Positions 19,909-30,300 of a stretch of 64,000 bases of DNA are shown here, piece by piece. Position 1 is the first letter of the stretch. Each line of letters opens with the position of its first letter. The stretch is taken from NCBI GenBank assembly GCA_965140415.1, contig OZ223209.1, forward strand, positions 4,320,001 to 4,384,000, given 5' to 3'. Below the pieces are notes generated by a model. The model had not been told where the DNA came from. It searched no databases and worked only from the letters and a program-made list of their open reading frames with translations. Position numbers and translations under genes: made by a program. This DNA is from Myxococcota bacterium (GTDB lineage: Bacteria; Myxococcota_A; SURF-8).

Positions 19909-22900
19909 TTGGAGAACGGTTTGACCCGACCGAATAATAACCAATCGCCTTCCCCTCCAGAAAGGAACGAATCGGAACTTCCCGCAACAAGAGGTCGCAT
20001 AAAGCCCTTTAAAATACTATTGCGCATTGTAAAGATCTTTTTACTGACGACGCTTTTACTGGTCGCGCTGGTGTTGTTTACCGTGTTTTTCCTACCCTTG
20101 AACGTGCTCAAGGCGCCTGCACTAAGTTACATCAGAGAACACTATGGGGTTTCGATTCAGATCGCCGATATCGATTTTTCCCCGATCTCCGGCATCGAAA
20201 TCAACCGATTGCGCATCGATCCTCCTGAAGGATTCACGAAACCGCTTTTCAAAGTACAAAAAATCCGACTGTCCTATTCGCTGAATCACCTTTTCGATAA
20301 CGAATTTCAACTTTCGCAACTTCTGATCGACCGCCCGCACATCAACATTGAAACCATCGATGGCGTCATGAACGTGGTGGCGTTACAAAAGCAACTGGAA
20401 GCAAAACTGGAAAATTCCGCTTCAGAGGCTGATACGGAAATTGAAGTAGAAGAGGAGAAACAGGAGCCTTCCACTTTCCGGGTCAAACTCGCCAACATCG
20501 AAGTGCATCGTTTCAGCGCCTGGGCCGACACCGGTGATCAAAAAGTGAATTTCCAGGCTCTTTCGCTGCACGCCACCGGTCGTTACAGCGAGACCGACAG
20601 CCACCTGGACTGCGAAGTGTTCATCGACTCCGAGCCGGATTCCATTCAGCTTGCGCTTCTACAACAACAGCCGTTGCCATTTGAAACCAACTTGTTGATG
20701 GAATTGAAGGTGAAAGCCGTCATCGACAATTTCATTGAACCGCGTATCGCCTTGAATCTTACTGGTGGGATACAATCCAAGCTGATACAAACGGAATGGA
20801 AGCTTGAACCTGTGGATCTGCAATGGAGTTTGCGAGCCATTGCGGACTTGCAACAGCAACAGGCAACGCTATCCAAGTTCGCTCTGCGCTTCAATGAAAA
20901 CGACCTGTTAAACGTCAAGGCCACCTTGCAAGGCATACAAGAGCCTAAGAGTCTGGATCTACTACTTGATTATCTTACCCTACCGTTAGATGTGCTTAAT
21001 CCCTACATTCGTGCGTTTCAGCCGGATCTCGATGTCGGCGGGAAAGTGCGGGTTGAAAATCTTTCCGTACAAGGTGAAATTCCGAAGTTGCTGGCGCAGG
21101 GACTGCCTACCCTGAATGGCAAAGTGAAGCTCGAAAACATCCGGGCGACTTATCGACCGGCTCAGGCAAGCATTCATGGGCTGAATGCGGATTTCGATCT
21201 GAAAACCCGACCGGGTGACAATCACCAGGAAAAAGATGACCCGGCCCTGCTCGCAAGTGGAAACCTGACTCTTAATAAGGCAACCACCCCACAGGGCAGT
21301 TTAAACGACCTGAATTTGTCGCTCCATGCCCAGGCAGATGGTCTGGAGTTGACGGACGTACAAACCAAGCTCCTAGTTGCGATTCCTGAGGTTTTCGTGC
21401 AATCCCCGGAAATCGGCCAAGCACAGCTTTCATTTTCATTGGATACCGAGGCTGGCGGCAATCTCAAAACCGGACAATTTACACTGGAACACGCCGATAT
21501 CAACCTTGCAGACGTTCTCTCGCTTCATTGCAAGGCCCAGGCGGAGCTCGATCAGAATTTACAAGCAGTGCGTTCACATCGTTTCGAGCTTTCGGTCGAT
21601 CCCATCGATCTGCCAAAGGCGCTTCGATCCGTTCCCGCCGGAATCAAAAAGCAGATGCCGGAGCTTGAACTCGGCGGAAACCTGGCCATGACGCTGGAAA
21701 CCAGCGGGGCGATTCCGTTTGCAAACAACGATCCGATGCGCTGGCCGCTTAAAATGAAAAGCAGCGCGTCGCTTACTGCTGTCTGGGTGCGGATTCCGGA
21801 ACAGACTTTGTCCATCAGCGGCATCGGCAGCCAAGTTCTGATCGAAGGAAACCCGCGCGATCTTCGCATGGAGAGCGAGACAACACTTAAAAAGCTTGAG
21901 AAATCCGACATTCAATTTTCTCTGCATCAACTCGTAACACCGCTTTCTCTGCATCTGACACCGACAGAGGTGAAAGCAAAACTGGGCATCGACATCCAAT
22001 CCATGAACAAACTCGATCAGGCATTGGAATTGAAAGGCTTGCAGAGCGAAAACGACATCCAGCTTACCGGCGATTTCATGCGGGCTCTCATGCAGACAAT
22101 TCAGCTAAACTCCAACACCAAACTGAAGCGCCTGCGCTATGCCAAAGACACCGTCGTCTCGGTAGAGAATCAGTCCGTCTCGATGAACGCTTCATTCGAA
22201 CAGGCAACCCGCAACGGAAAAGCCCAGGTTCTTCTTTCCACCGGAAAGGTGGATTTGCCCGAACAGCAGATGGCGTTACAGGATTTCACAATCGACATTC
22301 AGACCGCTCTGGAAGGATTGTTACTCCCCACACAAGCGGATGCACAGCCAACGTGTGATGTCATCACCACCCAGGCCGGTATCAAAATCGGTGAACTCGA
22401 AAAGCGCGATTTATTCTTGAACCCCTTACTGAATACCTTTGCAGACTTCCATGCCGAAGTTCGCGATCTGAGCCACATCACACACACCGATATCAACGCG
22501 GGCGTGCCTTCCATCGGTCTAACCGCCGATATGAATGGCGAGATCCGCAACCTGAAAGACGCCAAAGGTGTATTTGTCGATTTCGGCGAGCACTGGCCCG
22601 AATTCGACATGGAACTGGCAGCGGAGCTTTCCGTTACGCAACGGAAGCAGCTATTGGAAGGATTATCACTGCAAGGTATGACCGGGATAAAAGCCAGGCT
22701 GCGTTCCCTACCGCAGGCAATGGCCCGTTTTGAAGGAAACCTGACAGGCAAGGATTTCTGTTTGTGGCTCAACCAAAAGGTGCAGCCACCAAAGAACAAA
22801 CCGGATGAGCCGGTCACGATTACCGATATTCAAGTACAACGCTTCAACGCGGACGTTCCCATCATCCAACTGATCGACATGCAACACCGCCGCCTTGTCA

Positions 22901-23700
22901 GCAAGCAAGGCGATATTTTCGAGGAAAAGTCTCGTGGAGTATTACACGACACCATGAGGCGCTATCTCAAACAACAATCGAATTTCCGCCTGGATAGCTT
23001 GCTTTACCGCAAGTCCGCTGGCTCTTCGACTCAGCAATTTCGTATCGACGAAATCAACCTGGATATGCTCTACAGCGATAACACCTTCGCCATCGACCGT
23101 ATGTACGTGGACATTCTGGGCGGCGGTATCACAGGCGCGTTGCAAGTGCAGTTGACTGGTCTGCCGCCCGCTCCGTTCGATGCCCGTATCCACTTCGAAA
23201 ACCAGATCACGGGCGTCAACCTGAAACGCCTGACCGAACGCGACCCGAAGAAAATCACCGCCGATACCGAACTTTCCATGCTCACCGATTTGAATGTCGA
23301 TCTTGGCGGTCGCCGCATCGATGGCCGCGTGGACTTGACCAAGCTTTCGCTGAAACAGTTGGATGAACTGTTCAAATTCCTGGACCCCTCCGGCCAGGAT
23401 CCGTCCATACAAAACAATCGGAATCTCATCAACGCCTGGTACGTCAACATGCTCAACCCGCGTATCAAGCTGGTTTCACTGTGGATGACCTACGGCAATT
23501 TGAATATGGATATCGAAATGAATGCGTTGGTGTTCGAGAATCTTTTGCAACAAAACCTGGACGCCAACCGCATTCGTCGCTACGACGTGATGCCATTGAT
23601 CCGGGACTTCGTCCCGATGTGGCGCGACAAACCGGAGCAGACCACCGCTTTGACCACAGATCAGAGCACAGTTAAAAGCAATCGGTCCGCAAATCCGTAG
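19909..23700 (+). CDS. AsmA-like (YdbH/TamB-type) large envelope protein
   Basis: 1263 aa. Single N-terminal TM after a basic patch; AsmA-like start (IQIADIDFSPISGIEI...LLIDRPHINIE); beta-strand-rich throughout; ILGGGITG near the C-terminus; followed by a YdbL-like gene. Confidence 0.75.
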   Translation: MENGLTRPNNNQSPSPPERNESELPATRGRIKPFKILLRIVKIFLLTTLLLVALVLFTVFFLPLNVLKAPALSYIREHYGVSIQIADIDFSPISGIEINRLRIDPPEGFTKPLFKVQKIRLSYSLNHLFDNEFQLSQLLIDRPHINIETIDGVMNVVALQKQLEAKLENSASEADTEIEVEEEKQEPSTFRVKLANIEVHRFSAWADTGDQKVNFQALSLHATGRYSETDSHLDCEVFIDSEPDSIQLALLQQQPLPFETNLLMELKVKAVIDNFIEPRIALNLTGGIQSKLIQTEWKLEPVDLQWSLRAIADLQQQQATLSKFALRFNENDLLNVKATLQGIQEPKSLDLLLDYLTLPLDVLNPYIRAFQPDLDVGGKVRVENLSVQGEIPKLLAQGLPTLNGKVKLENIRATYRPAQASIHGLNADFDLKTRPGDNHQEKDDPALLASGNLTLNKATTPQGSLNDLNLSLHAQADGLELTDVQTKLLVAIPEVFVQSPEIGQAQLSFSLDTEAGGNLKTGQFTLEHADINLADVLSLHCKAQAELDQNLQAVRSHRFELSVDPIDLPKALRSVPAGIKKQMPELELGGNLAMTLETSGAIPFANNDPMRWPLKMKSSASLTAVWVRIPEQTLSISGIGSQVLIEGNPRDLRMESETTLKKLEKSDIQFSLHQLVTPLSLHLTPTEVKAKLGIDIQSMNKLDQALELKGLQSENDIQLTGDFMRALMQTIQLNSNTKLKRLRYAKDTVVSVENQSVSMNASFEQATRNGKAQVLLSTGKVDLPEQQMALQDFTIDIQTALEGLLLPTQADAQPTCDVITTQAGIKIGELEKRDLFLNPLLNTFADFHAEVRDLSHITHTDINAGVPSIGLTADMNGEIRNLKDAKGVFVDFGEHWPEFDMELAAELSVTQRKQLLEGLSLQGMTGIKARLRSLPQAMARFEGNLTGKDFCLWLNQKVQPPKNKPDEPVTITDIQVQRFNADVPIIQLIDMQHRRLVSKQGDIFEEKSRGVLHDTMRRYLKQQSNFRLDSLLYRKSAGSSTQQFRIDEINLDMLYSDNTFAIDRMYVDILGGGITGALQVQLTGLPPAPFDARIHFENQITGVNLKRLTERDPKKITADTELSMLTDLNVDLGGRRIDGRVDLTKLSLKQLDELFKFLDPSGQDPSIQNNRNLINAWYVNMLNPRIKLVSLWMTYGNLNMDIEMNALVFENLLQQNLDANRIRRYDVMPLIRDFVPMWRDKPEQTTALTTDQSTVKSNRSANP

Positions 23701-23742
23701 TGCGATCCGCCTTCCCGGCGGTTGAAATGAGGGAGAGAAAAG

Positions 23743-24315
23743 ATGGTTCGCATCAAAGCATGTTTCCTACTTGTTGCTATTCTGGCGTTCTGGTTGCCGC
23801 AGAGCGGCTGCGTACGGATGAAACTTGTGTCCGTCGATGAGAAGACCCAGTTGGAAAACCAGATTTTAGGCTCGTTCGAGCAGTTGCAGCAGGATCTCGT
23901 TTTAGTCGCATCAGTGCGTGACGAGAATGGGAAAACACCCGAAATACCGGAAGCCAAACGAGAAGCGCTGGTTGCCATGATGAATCGCCAGTTCAACCTG
24001 GATGATGTCAACCAGTTGAAACGGGACAACGTCGCCGGAGAAAACAACAAGGGTCTTTTAACGTTTTTCGCAACCGATAGAACCCGGGCCAATGCAGAGT
24101 ATCTCGCTTTTGCCAAGCGCATTATAAAAGAGGAAAACAGGGATCGCTTTGTGATCATGCAACGCCTGATCTCCACCACTCCATCTTTAACCAAGGCAGA
24201 TCTTCCCCTAATACGACAGATTTTCTATACCTTGAACGAGGCTGGCAGCGCACCGGGAACCCGTATCCAAACTCCCGATGGCGAATGGACCGTTAAAGCG
24301 GACATGGCGGAATAA
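23743..24315 (+). CDS. YdbL/DUF1318-like lipoprotein
   Basis: Lipobox-like QSGC; AGENNKGLL, IIKEENRDR and C-terminal APGTRIQTPDGEWTVK, typical of YdbL-like proteins. Confidence 0.8.
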   Translation: MVRIKACFLLVAILAFWLPQSGCVRMKLVSVDEKTQLENQILGSFEQLQQDLVLVASVRDENGKTPEIPEAKREALVAMMNRQFNLDDVNQLKRDNVAGENNKGLLTFFATDRTRANAEYLAFAKRIIKEENRDRFVIMQRLISTTPSLTKADLPLIRQIFYTLNEAGSAPGTRIQTPDGEWTVKADMAE

Positions 24316-24317
24316 CC

Positions 24318-27300
24318 ATGCTGAATCTTCGCCATCCATCCTTCTTGCTACGATGCATTTTCCCTATGCTGGCGGCACTAATGCTGTTGCAGCTATGCGG
24401 CTGTGCAACCGTCAAAGGCTGGCTTGCCGAACCGACGGTTTTAAAAAGCTTCACGGTGCAACCCGTCGACCAGCAGATGGGGCGCCCCACCGAACTAACC
24501 TCCTTTTCCAGTGACGAATTGTATGGCAGCCTGTCGCCCAATGGACGTTACCTGCTCTATTCCAGTAACCAGAAAGGCAGCCAGGACATCTGGTTGATGG
24601 ATCTGACCAGTGGACTGCCACGCCGCTTGACCGACCACAAGGCCACAGACACCATGCCCGCCTTCTCTCCCGATGGCGAACGCATTGTGTTTATCAGTAA
24701 ACGCGATGATGTAAAAGGCGATGTGTACCTGTTGGATCTGGACGACGATACGCCAAAGCGCTTGACAGATCGCGAGACAGCGGAACAGTCTCCCGTTTTC
24801 GCACCGGATGGAAAGCACCTTTACTTCGCCTCCGGCGCACCGGAACAAACGCGCATCGTCCGCTACCGTCTTTCCGATAGGTTTATCGAACCGCTTACCG
24901 AAACAAAGGCAACGCATCCTGCCATCAGCCCTGACGGTCGTTGGCTGGCCTACATTCGCTTAGGCGAAGACAAAATGAACCGGCTGTATCTGATGCAGCT
25001 ATCCGATCGCAAAGTGAAAAAGGTCTCTTTCTACAGCTACCAGGCCGGGTTTCCCTCTTTCTCTCCCGATTCGAAAGAACTGTATTTCGTTCGTTTCTAC
25101 TACGCTCCACCGCGTGCAACGCTTAATGGTGATGAAAATGGCGTAATCTGGCGGGTACCGGTTACCCATGCCTGGAAGAAAACCGGCGTTGCGCTGGAAC
25201 GTGGCATGGTACAGATTACATCCGGTCGTCAAACGCATCTGTTCGTTCAGGCACACAACTCCGGCCTGCTTTATACGACGCGCCGAAACGGGAACCTCGA
25301 TGTGTGGATGGAACCGTTGGATGGACTGCTGCCCTCTTTCGATTCTCCGCGCAAGCAGTTGGATTTCGCGTTGGAGCAGGAAAATTACTACGACCAGCTG
25401 TTTGCGCTTCGAGGTTTGCGTTCCTTTAAAAGCGGGGCGGAGCTACAGGAAGCCTTTTATCTGACATCCGAATTTTATCGGCGCAACGACTGGTTCCGTA
25501 AACAACGATCCAATCTGACGACACTTGATAAAATGCCCAAACCTTACGGAAATTGGCAAGGACTGGCACGTGTGGATCTAGCCGTTTGGGATGTAGAACA
25601 GACGGTTGGCAACGAGATTTCTACTGGTATTCGACTTAAACCGGAGCAGGTGGAAAAGGCGGAAACGCAGTTGGAAAAACTGCTTGTCAAGTATAACGAT
25701 GTTCCCACCGTTTCCGCTTATGCGACATTGCGCCTGGCCGACATTCAATCCATCAGTGGTAATTCTCTTTCGGCCATTGCTTCCTACCGCAGTGTTCTTC
25801 AGCAGTTTCCAGAGCAGCGCGAAAGAGGCATTCAAGCACGATTGGCTCTGGGAAAACTATTGGCCCAATTGCAGGAAACCGATGCATTGGTGGCTTATTA
25901 CCTTGATCTACTTCGCGAATATCGCGATTTCGACCGCTGGCGACGTCATGCCATCGAGATCATTCTTGCAGAACTCAAACGAAGCACCACACAACGATTT
26001 GCTCAAAGTGAAACAGCATCGAATCCATCTTCTATGGAAGTATTGCAAAAACAACGTGATCTCGCCCTTGTGGATCACCTGCGTAGCCTGATCGATGCCA
26101 ATCCCGATCTTCCACTTCTGGGTGCAATACTGCAACTACAGATCGGTCGTATCTATGAACGACTTGGCTTGCGCTCGCTGGCCTTGCAAGCGATGCAGCT
26201 TGTTGCCAAACGCTATCCCAAACAACACAAAGAAGCGACGCTTGCCACCTTCGCCCTTGGAGAGTTATCTCAACAGATCGCCGCAGAATTGCGCGAACAG
26301 GGGCGTTTTAACGAAGCTGGCGCCTACTACTCAGATGCACTCGACTACTACGAGAAGATCAGTCGCTTGTATCCACCAAACCATGAATACAGCCTGCGCG
26401 CTCGTCGCGAGTTTCTGTCGCTGTCGTTATCCAAAGCAGGCCAGCAACGTCGTAACGGGGATATCGAAGCCTCGAAAGCCGCTTACACGCGCATTCTCAA
26501 GTTCGACAACCACATCCTCCCCGCGCATCGCGCGTTGATCGATTTCGGCGTAGCGCAAGGGAATGCGGAACAACTTCGCAGCCAATACAAGCAGTTACTA
26601 AGAACCGATCCCGCCGATTTCGTTGGACACTATGCACTCGGTTATCTGGCGACCTTGCGCTCCGATCTTTTATTATCAGATCTGGATGACGCGGAAAAAC
26701 ATCTGAACAAAGCGTTGGGGTTGAACGCCGTCAATCCTTACATTTACCTCACCCTGGGCTGGATTGCAGAAATGCGCGAACTGGCTTTTGGCGACATCGT
26801 CTCCGGCTGGTTGGAAACGGCGATTGGACGATATCAACAAGCGTATCTATTAAACGATCGCAAACAGGATCTGGAAGCGGAAGCCTTTATTCTATTGAAT
26901 CTCGGCAATGGATTTTCCCGCCTTGGCAACACCTGGAATTACGCCTACGACTATTACAGTCAACGGCTGGCACTGAATCTGCCATTCCTAAAACCTACTC
27001 GAGAAGCGCTTTTTTATCTTAATTTCGGTCGCGCAGCGTTTCATGTCGAGCAGTACGACGAATCCACCCGCTATTTCGAACACGCGCTACAGTTGGTGCA
27101 AACCCTGGATCTGCCGCAATTCAAGGCCGAACTTGTGGCACGTTTGGCGCTTAACTACCAATTGCAAGGAAGTTATAAAACCAGTACGCAATACTTCTTG
27201 CGCTCGATTGAAACGCTTGAAGCACTTGGTCAATTCAATAAACTTGCTGCCCTCACGCGGTCGGTCGCACTGAATGAATACTACCAGGGTAACCGTGAAG

Positions 27301-30300
27301 CAGCCATGCAAAGGCTTCAGCAAAGTCTTTCCTATCTACACGAATACGGTACGCCATCCGTTGGAAAGTTCAGCCGCCTGGCACTGCATCCAGGCAAATC
27401 GCTTGCGCCTTTCGGTTTCAACCGTCGCCATGAAGAAGAAGTTTCTCGCTCTCTGCAAGCGATGATCTTCGCCGAGTTGCAGCAATTCGAATGCAGTGCG
27501 AAGGCGTTGCGAGAAAAGGCGGAACTGATGGACAGTCTGCTCGCCTCGCTCGAAACGCCGGAAGACGAGCAACTGCGCGAACGCGGCATTGTTTATGCTC
27601 AACAGGGATCGGCAGCCTGGAAAGCTGGATATGGACAGCAAGCCGTGCGCTTCTTCTCCCAATCCTTTCAGAGCATGGAGCGCATTGGAGCCTCGGCTGT
27701 TTCTGAGACTGATCCAACCCTTGTTAAAGCCAGGCAACTTGGCTTGGAGAACGATCTTTATATTGAAACGTCCAACACCTCACTACTAGCCGGATTCGAT
27801 GTCGTTCATTTTTCCGAGCAAATCACAAGCGCCTGCGCTGCGGCTGAAGTTGTCGCCAAGCAGTTGAACCAAAACGTCGTTGTGGAACCGGGAACGATTA
27901 TCGAGGTCACTTCCCGCCTGCAACGCTTGACTTCCAGGCTGCTGCTGAACTCTCAACCCGACTCCCCCCCTCCCATTGCTCTACCTCTGGTTTGGCGCTT
28001 AAGCAGCGACCTTGCGGCCTTATCCATGGCCTATGCGCATTCTGAAGAAATAGTTTTAGCGCAGCAGCAAAGTAAAGACACAGCCATCCTGCAAGGTCTG
28101 CGGTCCATCGAACGCTACACGCAGGGCATTTCCCTGTATAAGCGCCTCATCGCCTGGACGGCTCCTACTCAAGAAGAAGATACAATACCGGTAGCGCAGC
28201 ACACTCTTTCTCCTTATCTTTTAGCGCGCATACACGTTACGGCCTTGACTAATCTTGCCGAATTGGCGGCCATGCTGGAAGGTCCGGAAAGACGCGCAGA
28301 AGAAGACAGCTACTCTAGTCGATATCTGAATCAGGCGCTTCAAATCTGCTCGCAGCAACAGCTTAAGGACGTCTGCTGGCTGGGGCGTATGTTACAGGCA
28401 AAATGGAACGGAGACTCCGAACAGGCTTTTAGCACGTTGGAAGAATACGGCAAAGACGGTCCCGTTCTATTGGGTAAATTGTACTTGGAACGCGCGGATG
28501 AAGTCCGCCACCGTCTGTTTAATACTGCGCGTTCTTTCGCACTACAGGAAAAAGACTGGCACAGCTTGTGGACGCTTTCAGAACGCGAAAACCGCCGGAT
28601 GATCGTCGATGAAATGGCCAAACTCGGTTTCGATGTGGACTCTTTGGAACTTAAATCGGTGGTATCCAGTTTGCAGGCAACGGTTGCTGCTTATCGACAG
28701 GAGGTAGAGAGCCAATCTCTAGAGGATGACGAAAAGACACGCGCTCAACACGAACAGCAACTCGCGAAACTCCGGGAAAACGTCGCCAAGCATATGATCG
28801 AGTTGCAGAAAAAGGCACCAAGACTGCATCGCCTTCTGGTGGTGGAACCCTTCGACATTCTTTCGGTACAGCAGGCGCTACGACCCGGACAAACGCTTGT
28901 CACGATTCTTCCTCTCGATACCGGACTTACCTTACTGGCGCTTGACCAACAGAATCTTCGCGGCGAGCAGCTACCGCTTTTCCTGCCACAATTCAATAAA
29001 GATCTACAATCCTGGATCGAGCGTCCCGAAACCCCACCGGAGTCTCTGCAACATCTTGCCGAAAAGATACTGTCATTGGTTGGAGGTTCCGACTTGGTCT
29101 ACCTCGATGCCGACCGGCTGGGGGTGGATCTTCCGTTTGCCTCCCTGCTGTCATCAATGGGCAAAACTAATCTCCGCCTGCTGCGCGTCAGCAGCGCCTG
29201 GGGACTTCTGGAATCCTACCAAAACCGCAAGCTTGCACAGAATAAAGGCATCGCCACTCTTTCCAACCAATATTCCGGCGATGCAAAACAGGAACCTGCG
29301 CCTCTTGTTGCATCATTCAATCGACTGAACTACAATAACTCCTGGCAACGTATTTCCGGCGACGACTTGACCCTGCAACAGGCCATGCCGGAGTTGCAAC
29401 GCACCCAGATACTCGCACTGATGCAACCTGCTGTGTTTGAGGGTGGCTCGGCTGCGAACCTGTGGCTTCTCTTCAATACGCCAACACCGGGTATTGGACA
29501 CTACAGCTTCATTCATCATCTCGACGCCCGCTTCAACGCCCAGCTTGTGCTGTTCTTCGATCTGCGCCACTCCGGCCAAGCTCGCAAGGAACGTTTGTTT
29601 CTGGAAACCATATTAAACGCGGTCGGCGTTCCTTCTTTCCTGGTCGCTACCGACTCAACCAAACCGGATACCATCGTGCGCTTTTTCGATGCGACATTAC
29701 CAAACTGGGCGAGTGATTCCCGCGATCAAGTATATTGGAAAGCCATGGGGCAATTTGATCGAACTACACCCGACGACATCCAACTGTACGGCTATGCCGG
29801 TATGAATGAAGACGATACACGCTCCTACGCCAAAAACAATCTGGCCGCCACCATCCGTGATGCCGTTGCCTACCAGACGCGCGGGGCGGCTCGCACTGCC
29901 GTTGAAACCTACGAGCAGGCGCTGGCGATCATGGATTACCTTCAAGATTACACGTTTCTGGACAAGTTATTGCAACAACTTGTGACGCAGTGTAACGACA
30001 TACAAGACTGGTCCCGTCTGATACATTACCAGTCGCGTATTCTTGAAAGAGCGCAAAAAGCCTACGACGCCGATCCCAAGCAAGTGGTTCCATATCTCAA
30101 TGCCAAGAAATCATTAGCCGATGCTTACACAAAGGCAAAGCTTTATGATGAGGCATTGCTTCAGAACCAGGATATCCTGGATGTTCTGTTGCAGGCAAAA
30201 CGGCTCTCGCTTTGCGGTCCCTATTACGAGCAACGCGGATTCATTCTGGAATTCGCTAGGCGCTATGAAGAAGCTTTAACGGCCTACCGCCAGGCTTACG

